Assembly (NCBI GenBank): GCA_965658655.1
Contig: CBFHTA010000001.1
Coordinates: 72,722 to 136,721, forward strand
Reading direction: 5' to 3'
DNA length: 64,000 nt
Origin: Candidatus Babelota bacterium
GTDB lineage: Bacteria; Babelota; Babeliae; Babelales; CAIQNR01
Shown here piece by piece: positions 19,527 to 29,605 of the stretch. Each line of letters opens with the position of its first letter. The stretch's first letter is position 1. The notes under the pieces were generated by a model that was not told the origin of the DNA, made no database searches, and worked only from the letters and a program-made list of their open reading frames with translations. A program made the position numbers and the translations under genes.

Positions 19527-20923
19527 AAAGTACTCTCTCGCAAGACGTACACATTGGGGTATTCCTTAATAGGGGCATAATATTCATATAAAAAATCAAA
19601 AACCTCTTGCTGCCCCCACAGCTTTCCTTTTTGTACAACTTTAGGCCTTTTTTTAAGAATTTCTAAACAAGTCGCAGATGTTAAAGAAGAACATCTTTGA
19701 TAAACCTGCTTATCTCCTTTAAAATCTCCATGCCAAAAATAATCTGGACTCATTCTAAAATTAGCAATCATGTCATCTCCAAAGCACCAATCTTTTGTAT
19801 CAGAAAGAGACCTAAAATAAGATAGCTCTTTTAGCTGTTTCAGATTACCAAAAGAAATATTGCCCATTAATATTTTAAGATTTGGCAGTAATAAAAAAAG
19901 AGAAAACAAAGGAATTACTAAAACTTTATCTTTAATAACTTTTTGTAGCGCATAAGCTCCCACAATAGACATATAAGGTAATATCATTAACCAATAGTGT
20001 AGACCATCTATTTTCATTGCAATCACACTAATGCCTAATATTCCCATTAATACTATTAGTCTTTGTTCTTTTATTTTCATTAACCCCCATAAAAAAAAGA
20101 ACCATAACATATGGTTGCCGAGAAAAACTCTATTTATAAAAGTCCTTAAAAAAACTGCCCAACTCAACTTTTTAGACATTTCAGCATTGAATAAATAGTT
20201 GCATATCCAATAAAAATGAAATTCACCTTTAAATAAAAGGATTCCCCAATAACTTAAAATTGGCAAAGCATATATAATTGCCCATGTAATAATATCAAAA
20301 AAGGGAATTCTATTTTCCCTCCACTCAAAAAACAAAATAATAAGAACAAAAGCAGGCAATATAAAAGATTTTTGTAAAAACAGAAAGGACAAAGAATAGA
20401 GCAGCGCGCTTACGCAAAGATTCTTCTGCTTTTTATGCGCAAGATAAAAAAAGAAAAATAAAGATCCAAGGGTGGCAAGAGCAATCTGAGGGGTATCAGG
20501 CCGTATCTCAAACCCCGATACTGCTACCATATTCCAACCCATTAAAAGAACTACCGAAAGCAAACCTAGATACTTATCATACAAAACCCCCCCCAACAGA
20601 TAAGTGCTTATTAAAGTAATTAAGAAAAATAAAAAAGAAATTCCCCGTGCAAAAAAAAGAAATGCTTCCTCTCCTTGTATATGAGTAAACGGAGACAAGA
20701 TATAATAAAATAAAGGATGATGGTGCTGAAAAAAATCTCTATAAGGAACCATTCCTTGCGCTACAAGCCAACTTGATTTTAAACACTCCATTTCATCATA
20801 AATAAAACCTCTACGCAAAGAAGCCCCGAAAAAAATAATAGCTGACACCAACACTATCAGTTTAAGAAAAAATGTATCTAAATTTTTCTTAGAGAATATT
20901 GTCTTAGTCATTGATTTTTCCAT
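19523..20923 (-). CDS. ArnT/PMT-like GT-C membrane glycosyltransferase (group B) copy 2
   Basis: DEME...W...GMVPYRDFFQHHHP, EIRPD and LQK motifs; paralog of 18141..19526. Confidence 0.8.
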   Translation of the reverse strand: MEKSMTKTIFSKKNLDTFFLKLIVLVSAIIFFGASLRRGFIYDEMECLKSSWLVAQGMVPYRDFFQHHHPLFYYILSPFTHIQGEEAFLFFARGISFLFFLITLISTYLLGGVLYDKYLGLLSVVLLMGWNMVAVSGFEIRPDTPQIALATLGSLFFFFYLAHKKQKNLCVSALLYSLSFLFLQKSFILPAFVLIILFFEWRENRIPFFDIITWAIIYALPILSYWGILLFKGEFHFYWICNYLFNAEMSKKLSWAVFLRTFINRVFLGNHMLWFFFLWGLMKIKEQRLIVLMGILGISVIAMKIDGLHYWLMILPYMSIVGAYALQKVIKDKVLVIPLFSLFLLLPNLKILMGNISFGNLKQLKELSYFRSLSDTKDWCFGDDMIANFRMSPDYFWHGDFKGDKQVYQRCSSLTSATCLEILKKRPKVVQKGKLWGQQEVFDFLYEYYAPIKEYPNVYVLRESTL

Positions 20924-22017
20924 TTATATAAAACATATAAACAACCAAAAAGACTATACATAACCGTAAGAGTAATAAATCCAATCAAATAAGGCGTCAC
21001 AGGAAGTGTTAAAATCCCAGGAAGAGCACTGACCCCTAAAGCAACTAAGAAAGATAATTCTATTGAAAGAGATTTAGGGTAAAACCAAGAACAAATCAAC
21101 CCTACAAAACCAAAATAGAGTAAAAAATAATAGAAAATGACACCAATTTTAGCAAAAATAGTTGTCGCAATAAAATAGCGCTTTTCTCTACACAGTCTAA
21201 AAACTTCATCTTTAATAGTTTTCTCGTAAAGCGAAGAAGGGTATCTTGCTTTTGAATTAATCTCAAGAGCCCTTTTTGCTCCACACGTGTCAGACCACAC
21301 TATATTTTCATTATTATTTAAAAACCCTAACCCAACATAAATATTATGCCAAAAAACATGCGATTTATTATAATCCATAGAAATATTATTTTTGACTAAA
21401 AATCTACTTCTTTCATTCAAATAATAACTATAATGCGCCCAAGGAAGAGAATATCCTAAAATAAAGAAAACAATGAAAATTAATTTAGTTTTTTTCTGAA
21501 ACTTAACACTTAACAATAAATAAACCCCCACAAAAACATATAAAGGCAAAGCCGAAAAGATTCTTACATTATCTGCAAAAGAACCCATTAAACCGACCAA
21601 GAAAGCACTTAACCAAAAAACATATTTTGAAAAATACATATCTGCATAGAGTAATAAGGCCAAAGGAGCTATCGGCAACATATATATAGAATAAATATGA
21701 CTTAAATATCTAAATGGCATCGCAAGACGCCCTAGAAAAAGCACTACTAATACATACTCTACATAACTCGTCGCCATACAAAAAAAAGAGCCGCCAATTA
21801 ATAATAAAGAAACAGCAAAAGTACAATAAAAAAAGCACCAAGAAGCTTGCACAGGAGAAAGCACAAACCAATTACTCAAAATAGTACAATAAAAAAAATA
21901 CCCTACATCATCGGCAGCGCTAGGAATTTTATACCCATTAATATCTCGAGTTAAAAAATAAATGCCCGTTTCTTTAAAAGTAGTTAAGATTTTCTTTAAA
22001 GGGTCAATTCTATTCAT
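20908..22017 (-). CDS. GT-C-like group A (FWHN family) copy 2
   Basis: ADDVG, NVRIFSAL, HVFWHNIYVGLG, FAKIG and ALPG motifs. Start moved to MNRID, which has a GGGGAG RBS. Confidence 0.7.
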   Translation of the reverse strand: MNRIDPLKKILTTFKETGIYFLTRDINGYKIPSAADDVGYFFYCTILSNWFVLSPVQASWCFFYCTFAVSLLLIGGSFFCMATSYVEYVLVVLFLGRLAMPFRYLSHIYSIYMLPIAPLALLLYADMYFSKYVFWLSAFLVGLMGSFADNVRIFSALPLYVFVGVYLLLSVKFQKKTKLIFIVFFILGYSLPWAHYSYYLNERSRFLVKNNISMDYNKSHVFWHNIYVGLGFLNNNENIVWSDTCGAKRALEINSKARYPSSLYEKTIKDEVFRLCREKRYFIATTIFAKIGVIFYYFLLYFGFVGLICSWFYPKSLSIELSFLVALGVSALPGILTLPVTPYLIGFITLTVMYSLFGCLYVLYKWKNQ

Positions 22018-23149
22018 ACAACTGCTCCCCACAATCTAAAAACCCATTATTGAAGGCATGCAGAGAAGAGTAAATGACATATACAAAAGTCATAGAAATA
22101 AAACCAGTGAGATAAGAAGCTACAGGAACGGTTAGTATTCCAGGCAACGCGCTTACTCCGAGACCAATAATGAAAGCACATTCCTCATGCCAAGGCTTGG
22201 GGTAAAAATAGCTTAACAGCAAGCCGACCCAACCAAAACACCATAAAAAGAAGAAAAAGACAACTCCCAGCTTTGCAAATAAAGAAGTAAAAACAAAATG
22301 TCTATCTTGCATCAACAAATCAAAAGTAAGTTCTTTAACCATCTTTTCATACCGTTCATTACCATATCTAATAGTAGGGTCTACTTTTTGAGCAGCCAAT
22401 CTCCCACTTGTGTCCGAATACTCTATATTGTAGTGATTTCGAATGAATCCTAACCCAATATAAATATTGTGCCAAAATCCTTTTTGAGGAGCCTGAATAC
22501 GAACATTCTCTACATGTGTTTTTAAAAATTCTTGAGACTTTTTTTGCTCATATAAAAAATGGCCATTAATAAAACTATAACTAAGGGCAAAAAAGAAAAG
22601 AGCTATGATTTTTTGTTTATAATTAAATGACTTAGAAAAAAAACCTAAAACAAGACATGCCAAAACAGCGGGTAGAGCAGAAAAACCCCTTACTAAATTT
22701 GCTACTGCAGAAATAAAGCCTATCAAAAAAGCGCCCCCAAACAACCAATAGGTTTTCTTTGTTTTTAGTACTGCTAACAATAAAGGAATTACTGATACCG
22801 CAAGAAAATAAGCCATATAAACATCATAAGCCTGTAACAAAAATTTACATTGAAAAACAAACAGGAAAAAAGTAACCACCAAACCTTTTAATGTTTTTGA
22901 GATATACAAAAAAGAAATCATCATCAGGATATAAGAAAGAGCCGCCATCCCTAGAATAAAAAAATGAGCTGCATTTAAAATATTACACCCAAACCAATAA
23001 GAAAGCATAGGCACATATAAAAACAAGCCAAAGTCATCAAAGCCCATAAATGGAGCATATCCTGAATCATTACAAATTACCCAATATACCCCTATTTTTT
23101 TAAAGCAATTATAAAGAGCTATCAAAGTGGTTTTACGCGCCCCAATCAT
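22010..23149 (-). CDS. GT-C-like group A (FWHN family) copy 3
   Basis: FDDFG, NLVRGFSAL, FWHNIYIGLG, FAKLG and ALPG motifs. Confidence 0.7.
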   Translation of the reverse strand: MIGARKTTLIALYNCFKKIGVYWVICNDSGYAPFMGFDDFGLFLYVPMLSYWFGCNILNAAHFFILGMAALSYILMMISFLYISKTLKGLVVTFFLFVFQCKFLLQAYDVYMAYFLAVSVIPLLLAVLKTKKTYWLFGGAFLIGFISAVANLVRGFSALPAVLACLVLGFFSKSFNYKQKIIALFFFALSYSFINGHFLYEQKKSQEFLKTHVENVRIQAPQKGFWHNIYIGLGFIRNHYNIEYSDTSGRLAAQKVDPTIRYGNERYEKMVKELTFDLLMQDRHFVFTSLFAKLGVVFFFFLWCFGWVGLLLSYFYPKPWHEECAFIIGLGVSALPGILTVPVASYLTGFISMTFVYVIYSSLHAFNNGFLDCGEQLYE

Positions 23150-24528
23150 CTTATTTTCTCTCTTAATATTCGTTTGCTATAGAAGTAATTTATTAAATAA
23201 GCCACAAAAAAAGACATAATCCAAAAATGTACTACTACATAACGATCTTCTATATGAGAGAGAAGAGCTATAGGGATCGACCAAATACAAGTTAAGAGCA
23301 ATAATACCTGGAAATAATATTTATCTTTTAGTGCAAGGGCCATTCCTATATATCCCACAAAAAAATAAAGTCGAATATAAACTGTCCTAAAGAAAAAATC
23401 TAATAATACCTGCGGAGAAGAGAATAACAGTAGCTTGTTCCAAGCGGTCATTGCTCCTTGATACAAGGCTGGATCATAATCAAACCATGTAAAATTCCAA
23501 CATAAAAGCCTTATTATTCGTTTTGGTATATTCCCCAACACAAACAAAGGGTCATCTTTAAAGTAATTCCAAAACATTTTTTTTGCTGCGTCATCAAAAG
23601 AAACCGTCCCTAAAGAAAAAGGTATTTGTTTTGCAGCCCAAGAATCTTGAGTGATTACACCCCACTTATTAGGGAACTCACCTAAACCATTTAAAAGTGC
23701 CAATCCTATAGGCCCCACAAAATATCGTCCATAAAAAAACTTATTAAATAAGCAAAAAGGTACCCAAAAAAATATGACCTGACTTATGATAAGAATTAAC
23801 CCCAGTAATCTAAATTTTGAGCTTCTATTATTAAAATTTGAGAATAAAAGATAGAAACTCGTTCCTAAAACTACAAAGAAAAGCGTGCTTCTTATCCATT
23901 GAATTAACGCTAGGGCAAGCCCTATTAAAAAGTATAATTTAACATCTTTTCGATCACAGGCACATTTAGCAACCACATAAAGTAGCAATACTATTCCATA
24001 ATAAACCCAAATATCATTTCTCCCCTGAATAGCCGTATAAAGCAAAGGGAAAAAGGCTAAATTACTTAGACATGTAAAAAAAGCAATCTCATAACTATGA
24101 AATAGTAAAAGAGCAATTTCATAAAGAAAAATAAAGGATAAAGCAAACAAAAAAATTTCTAATAATTGAACTTGATAAAAAGAAGGCGAACCTGTAAATT
24201 TCCATAATAGCCCAGCAACAAATGAAAAACCGATTGTCTCCACAATTGAATGATTACCTATAACCTTTCCGCTTGATGGCGTTCGAGACTCAATTTTACC
24301 ATCTTTCCAATACAGATCTTTTTCATACCAATAAAAAAGAGAATCGTGTTTGAAAAAGTTATAGGCAGAAATGTAATACCCTAAACAATAATGTTTATTG
24401 TAATTCACCCATTTATAGTTACACTTAACTCCCCAATACACAAAAGAACATGAAGCTAGCAAAGTTAAAACAAAAAATATAACTTTTATATTGAACTTAC
24501 TAGTAAAATTATTCTTAACTATCCACAT
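23146..24528 (-). CDS. GT-C-like polytopic membrane protein (group C) copy 1
   Basis: 460 aa; GLLWKFTGS, QWIR, FWVP, GRYF and SHIEDRY motifs shared with 29602..31089. Confidence 0.65.
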   Translation of the reverse strand: MWIVKNNFTSKFNIKVIFFVLTLLASCSFVYWGVKCNYKWVNYNKHYCLGYYISAYNFFKHDSLFYWYEKDLYWKDGKIESRTPSSGKVIGNHSIVETIGFSFVAGLLWKFTGSPSFYQVQLLEIFLFALSFIFLYEIALLLFHSYEIAFFTCLSNLAFFPLLYTAIQGRNDIWVYYGIVLLLYVVAKCACDRKDVKLYFLIGLALALIQWIRSTLFFVVLGTSFYLLFSNFNNRSSKFRLLGLILIISQVIFFWVPFCLFNKFFYGRYFVGPIGLALLNGLGEFPNKWGVITQDSWAAKQIPFSLGTVSFDDAAKKMFWNYFKDDPLFVLGNIPKRIIRLLCWNFTWFDYDPALYQGAMTAWNKLLLFSSPQVLLDFFFRTVYIRLYFFVGYIGMALALKDKYYFQVLLLLTCIWSIPIALLSHIEDRYVVVHFWIMSFFVAYLINYFYSKRILREKIR

Positions 24529-24559
24529 TGCTTACCTCACAAGTCTAAGTTCTTTGCTG

Positions 24560-25726
24560 CTAACAGTAATTTGTTGACCCGTTAACTACTTCACATACAT
24601 ATTCAACCTCCTGCTTTTTCAGTAACGGATACAGAGGTAAGGAAAGAGTTTGTTCTCCAATAACATAAGCAATAGGAAAATCTTGTTGCTTATATCCATA
24701 TTTTTTTCGATAGTAACTCATAGTGTGAATAGCTCGATAGTGAACAGCAACACCAATGAGATATTTCTGCAGGTGTAAAAGAAACTTATCTCGACAATCT
24801 GCCCAAATAGTATAAACATGATACGCATGCTTACTATTAGCTAAAATATTTGGTTTAGAAAAAGACAATAAAGTATTACTATACTGTTCCACCAAGGCTT
24901 TTCTTTTTTGATATAAATCATCAATCCTCTCTAACTGATGCAATAAGATAGCTGCTTGAATATTAGTCATATTGCACTTCATACCAAGAAACTCCATATC
25001 ATAATGTTGGTATTTTTCAGTATAACGATCGGCAGCATTTGCAGACAATCCATGCCCTCGTGCCTGCTTTAACCAAGCATACATATCTGCCGAATGAGTT
25101 GCTATTGCTCCACCTTCGCCAGAAGTAATATTTTTTGTTGCATAAAAACTAAAACAAGCAGCATCTCCTAATTGTCCAGGCTTATAACCGTCACGTTCCC
25201 CCTCAACGCAATGTGCCGCATCTTCTATAACAGCAAGTTTATGCACTTTTGCAATTGCCACAATAGTTTTCATATCACACATCTGACCATATAAATGTAC
25301 AGGTATAATTGCTTTAGTTTTAGATGTTATAGCTTGTTCAATAAGTTGTGCATTAATATTACCTGTAGATTCTTCTACATCCACAAAAACAGGTGTTGCC
25401 CCTACAGACTCAATGGCATTTGCTGTTGCAACATAAGAAAGTGGAGTCGTAATAACTTCATCACCTAGACCGATTTTAAAATATTTCAAACAAAGCTCTA
25501 ATGCATGAGTGCAAGACATCGTACCAACTGAAAATGAAACATCAAGATACTGAGAAAAAGCTATTTCAAACTGCTGAGTAACTTTACCTGTAGTCAAAAA
25601 CGTAGAATCTAAAACGCGCATAACCTCTTCTTTATCAATCGCAGTAAGATTATGTTTAAAATACTCAATTTTTTGCTTCTCTATTTCTAGAGAATGGCTC
25701 TTTATTCTTTGCTTCTCTAAATTCAT
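24560..25726 (-). CDS. DegT/DnrJ/EryC1/StrS (ArnB-like) nucleotide-sugar aminotransferase
   Basis: IIPVHLYGQ, EDAAH and SFYATKNITSGEGG (PLP lysine) motifs. Confidence 0.92.
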   Translation of the reverse strand: MNLEKQRIKSHSLEIEKQKIEYFKHNLTAIDKEEVMRVLDSTFLTTGKVTQQFEIAFSQYLDVSFSVGTMSCTHALELCLKYFKIGLGDEVITTPLSYVATANAIESVGATPVFVDVEESTGNINAQLIEQAITSKTKAIIPVHLYGQMCDMKTIVAIAKVHKLAVIEDAAHCVEGERDGYKPGQLGDAACFSFYATKNITSGEGGAIATHSADMYAWLKQARGHGLSANAADRYTEKYQHYDMEFLGMKCNMTNIQAAILLHQLERIDDLYQKRKALVEQYSNTLLSFSKPNILANSKHAYHVYTIWADCRDKFLLHLQKYLIGVAVHYRAIHTMSYYRKKYGYKQQDFPIAYVIGEQTLSLPLYPLLKKQEVEYVCEVVNGSTNYC

Positions 25727-25727
25727 A

Positions 25728-26501
25728 CTATTCCCCTCTCCAATGTTTATGATAAAGCAAAGCTACTGATTTACTTAAAAAACCCATTTTTTGATAAAGA
25801 CGGTTAGCGGGAATATTTTCTAATTGTGTTGTCACAAAAAGTTTTTTATCAAATTGATAAGCATACTTAATAGCTTTTATTAATAAATCCTGCCCCAGCC
25901 CTCGACCTCTAAATTTTCTATGAACAGCAACTAAATCTATATATACCCCCTCTGTCTTACACTTTAAAGAAATAAACCCCATGGGAGTGTTTTTTTCATA
26001 TGCAACAAATATTTTATCCGCATATCCAGAAAACGTATTCTTTATCCATTGTCGATAAAGTGTTAAGGCTCCTGATTCCCCAATAAGAGAATCTTTTGCA
26101 TAATGACTTGTTATAGACAGGTCTCGTATCATCTCCTGCCAATAAGAACTGTCTTCATCATATTTAAATGAATCTATAAAAGTATATTTTGTACTTTTTT
26201 TGATTTCAGAGCTTTTATATTCATATATTATCTTAGAACTTGTTAATTGATGACCTTGATTATGTGAAATAAAAGATCCAAGATCTTCAAAAGACACCGT
26301 TGTGAAAAGCAAGGTTATGTTGTTGTGTTTTACCCATATATTAAGATCAGATTCTGAAACATACTGATAAGCAGGTTCCCAATTGCAACGAGCAACTCCA
26401 ACTTGTAAGAGCTCCGTATCAAAAGACTCTCTAATGAGAATCTGATCGAGTATACAATTACTGTTTACTTGACCACTTAAAAGCTTTTTCTGAATATCCA
26501 C
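25728..26501 (-). CDS. GNAT N-acetyltransferase, WecD-like
   Basis: SHYAKD, LYRQWIKN, RGRGLG acetyl-CoA motif and VTTQLENIPANRLYQKMGF. Confidence 0.82.
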   Translation of the reverse strand: MDIQKKLLSGQVNSNCILDQILIRESFDTELLQVGVARCNWEPAYQYVSESDLNIWVKHNNITLLFTTVSFEDLGSFISHNQGHQLTSSKIIYEYKSSEIKKSTKYTFIDSFKYDEDSSYWQEMIRDLSITSHYAKDSLIGESGALTLYRQWIKNTFSGYADKIFVAYEKNTPMGFISLKCKTEGVYIDLVAVHRKFRGRGLGQDLLIKAIKYAYQFDKKLFVTTQLENIPANRLYQKMGFLSKSVALLYHKHWRGE

Positions 26502-27420
26502 TATACTTCCTTACTATATACAATGGTCGATTCTTTACCTCCACATAAATCCTACCTACATATTCTCCTATAATACCTACAACACACAATTGAACACCAC
26601 CTACAAATAAGATTGCAACCATAGTAGATGCCCAACCCATTACTGCAACCCCCGTTGTAAAATATCGAATAATGACTGTACAGCCTAGTAAAAAACTGAA
26701 CAAAGTAAACAAGAACCCTAGCAACGTAATAAAGCGCAAAGGAAACTGAGAAAAAGAAACAATAGCATTCAAAGCAAGCTGCAATTGCTTTAAAAAAGAA
26801 TATTTAGTAACACCATATCTGCGCTCCCCATGCTTAACTTCAACAAATGTGTGTTTAAAACCAACCCATCCAATAAGCCCCAATACATATCGTTGTTTTT
26901 CTTGCAAAGCACATACAGCATCTACAACAGGGCGAGTCATAATTCTAAAAATAGAGCTACTAATCTCTATATTTTCATTAAGCAAAAACTGCATAATTTT
27001 TATAAACAAAGCTGACGATATCTTTTTAGTCCACCGAAATTTTTTTTCTTTCCGCCATCCATAGACAACGTCGTATCCGGTTTGAAGCTTACTGTAGAGC
27101 TTATTAATTTCCTCGGGCTGATCCTGAAGATCACCATCCATAATCACCACATAGTCTCCTGTAGAGTGCTCCAAGCCGGCACTAACTGCAATATGGTGGC
27201 CAAAATTACGAGAAAACTGAATCAACCTATATATTGAACTTTTAAAAAACAACTTCTCTACTACTTGTGCTGTTCTATCTGTACTGCCATCATCTATAAA
27301 GATAATTTCGTGTTCAAGCTGAGCAAAATTTTTTTTTAAAGCATTCTCTAATCGATCTGCAAGAACAGAAATAGTTTCCTCTTCATTAAAAACAGGAATA
27401 ACAATAGACAATCTTTTCAC
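26458..27420 (-). CDS. GtrB/ArnC-like polyprenyl-phosphate glycosyltransferase (GT2)
   Basis: SRNFGHH, DGDLQDQP, GWAS periplasmic loop and GEYVGRIYVEVKNRPLYIV. Confidence 0.92.
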   Translation of the reverse strand: MKRLSIVIPVFNEEETISVLADRLENALKKNFAQLEHEIIFIDDGSTDRTAQVVEKLFFKSSIYRLIQFSRNFGHHIAVSAGLEHSTGDYVVIMDGDLQDQPEEINKLYSKLQTGYDVVYGWRKEKKFRWTKKISSALFIKIMQFLLNENIEISSSIFRIMTRPVVDAVCALQEKQRYVLGLIGWVGFKHTFVEVKHGERRYGVTKYSFLKQLQLALNAIVSFSQFPLRFITLLGFLFTLFSFLLGCTVIIRYFTTGVAVMGWASTMVAILFVGGVQLCVVGIIGEYVGRIYVEVKNRPLYIVRKYSGYSEKAFKWSSKQ

Positions 27421-28436
27421 AATTGTATTCTTCTTAAACTCGTATCAAACAATCCTTTATCTATTTTATCTTTTAAACTCGCTATTCGAACAAAAGAAGA
27501 ACTCTTCAGACGCTCTATTGGATATTTCTTAAGATTTTCATATAAATCTAAAATGCCTTCCTTCAGAGAGATAGTCTTACGTCCTGGAAATGTTCCTTCA
27601 AAGCGCATACAACTAATTTTATAATTTCGACCATCTTTTCCATCTGTAGGAATTTTTTCTACCAAGCATTCAGGACAACATTCCTGAACATAACGAGCAA
27701 TACCTGTTACTTGATAATTTTCTTGAGTAGATCCGATATTAAAAATTTTATTATGTACTTGATCTTTTGAAGCACTAAGGATCGTTTTATACGCGGCAAC
27801 AACATCATCGATATGAATTAAAGGACGCCACAATGTTCCTTCTCCAAAAATCTTTAATGGTGTCCCTACAAGAACATTTCTAACAAAAATATTCACCACT
27901 AAATCAAAACGAATACGAGGGGAAAAACCATAAACAGTCCCTGCTCGAACAAATACAGGAGAAAAGTCTTCTGTGGCAAGCTTTTGTATCTCTTGCTCTG
28001 CTAGTAGTTTTGATTTTGCGTAAGCTGTCTGTGGTCTTAAATGAGCCTGCTCATTTAAGAGTTTATCTCCTCCTCCTCCATACACAGAGCAAGAACTTGC
28101 AAATATAAATCGCTTAACTCCTGCTTCACGAGCCAATAAAGCAACTCTCACAGCAGCATATGTATTAATCTCATATGTTAAATCAATATTAATCTCCCCC
28201 AATGGATCGTTACTTAACCCTGCCAAATGAATTATTGTATCAAATCCATTTAAGTCTTCTACTGTAAGATCTCGTATATCTTTTTCTTTTGTAATCTCCT
28301 GAGAAATACCCAGAAGCTCATCGTGTAAAAATAAATTACTATCAATTCCTGAAATATTATATCCCTCAACGAGAAGATCAGGAACTAAAACAGACCCTAT
28401 ATACCCATTTGCCCCAGTTACTAAAACTTTCTTCAT
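27417..28436 (-). CDS. NAD-dependent nucleotide-sugar epimerase/dehydratase (extended SDR)
   Basis: GANGYIG, SSCSVYG, YAKSK (YxxxK) and RFDLVVN motifs. Confidence 0.92.
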   Translation of the reverse strand: MKKVLVTGANGYIGSVLVPDLLVEGYNISGIDSNLFLHDELLGISQEITKEKDIRDLTVEDLNGFDTIIHLAGLSNDPLGEINIDLTYEINTYAAVRVALLAREAGVKRFIFASSCSVYGGGGDKLLNEQAHLRPQTAYAKSKLLAEQEIQKLATEDFSPVFVRAGTVYGFSPRIRFDLVVNIFVRNVLVGTPLKIFGEGTLWRPLIHIDDVVAAYKTILSASKDQVHNKIFNIGSTQENYQVTGIARYVQECCPECLVEKIPTDGKDGRNYKISCMRFEGTFPGRKTISLKEGILDLYENLKKYPIERLKSSSFVRIASLKDKIDKGLFDTSLRRIQL

Positions 28437-28480
28437 TACCTATATCCTTTTAAACCTTGTCTTACTTTAAAGTACAAGCT

Positions 28481-29605
28481 TCATTCTATTTTCCTTAAAC
28501 AATACGTTAAGCTATAAATACCGTATACAAAAGCCATTGCTGCTAGGCCAGACAAATACGATGCGCGTGGAACTACCATAAGTCCAGGAAGCCCAGCAAC
28601 CACCATTGAAATCCAAAAAATATATTCTAAAATTCCTTTAGGATAAAAATAAGCAGCAACTAAACCAATATTGGCACACGCGATAACAAAGAATAATAAT
28701 ACCCCCAATTTTGCAAATAAAATCGATCCAAATAGAAAGCGCTCTTTACTGACAATCCTCAACACTTCATTTTTTAAAATTTTTTCGTACTCAGAAGAAT
28801 GATAAAGAATATGAGGATTTATCTTACGAGCTGCTTGAGCTGCACAATTATCGTTATATTTTATTTCAAGATAATTATCGACATACCCCAACCCTGCATA
28901 CACATTGTGCCAAAAAGAATGTGTATACGGAACAGTTTCTTTAACTCCATGCATAAACATATAAGATTGAGAACGCTTTATTAAAGTATTCATATGCTGT
29001 GCTGAAATACTTATACCAGCGATAAAAAAACATCCTAGTACTATTTTGCGCACCAACACAATACGAGAAGCAAATAATATAAAAAGTACTATAAATATAA
29101 GAACAGACAGGGAACTATATATTCGAATGTAATGGCAGTATCCCAACATCAACCCAACTAAAAAACTATATATATAATGATACCAAAAAATTTTTTTTTG
29201 TTTTTTAAATACATATAAAAACAAAGGAATAACACTAAAAGTACAAAAAATAGCTGCAATATAGGTATCAGTTACTCTAAAAAAACCCTCTCTATAAAGA
29301 AAAAAAGAACTTAAAACAGAATACAAAGTAATCCACCAATTACTCAATAAACGTATACCAATTACAAATACAATACCGGAAAAAGCAAGCATACTATAAA
29401 AAAAATAATCAATTGCTCTGGGTAATGGAATAGAAAACTTTTGACAAATCAACGGAATAAAATAATAAATACCAACGTCATCTGCTCCTGCTTGAGCTAT
29501 AGATACCAAACTATTATTTATTTTTGCTAAAAAAAAGCATCCAGTTTCTTGCAGTGCCTCTAAAGTTCTACCTAAGTTTACCATTCTGACATTCATAAGA
29601 TTCAT
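28481..29605 (-). CDS. GT-C-like group A (FWHN family) copy 4
   Basis: ADDVG, IRIYSSL, HSFWHNVYAGLG, FAKLG and GLPG motifs. Confidence 0.7.
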   Translation of the reverse strand: MNLMNVRMVNLGRTLEALQETGCFFLAKINNSLVSIAQAGADDVGIYYFIPLICQKFSIPLPRAIDYFFYSMLAFSGIVFVIGIRLLSNWWITLYSVLSSFFLYREGFFRVTDTYIAAIFCTFSVIPLFLYVFKKQKKIFWYHYIYSFLVGLMLGYCHYIRIYSSLSVLIFIVLFILFASRIVLVRKIVLGCFFIAGISISAQHMNTLIKRSQSYMFMHGVKETVPYTHSFWHNVYAGLGYVDNYLEIKYNDNCAAQAARKINPHILYHSSEYEKILKNEVLRIVSKERFLFGSILFAKLGVLLFFVIACANIGLVAAYFYPKGILEYIFWISMVVAGLPGLMVVPRASYLSGLAAMAFVYGIYSLTYCLRKIE

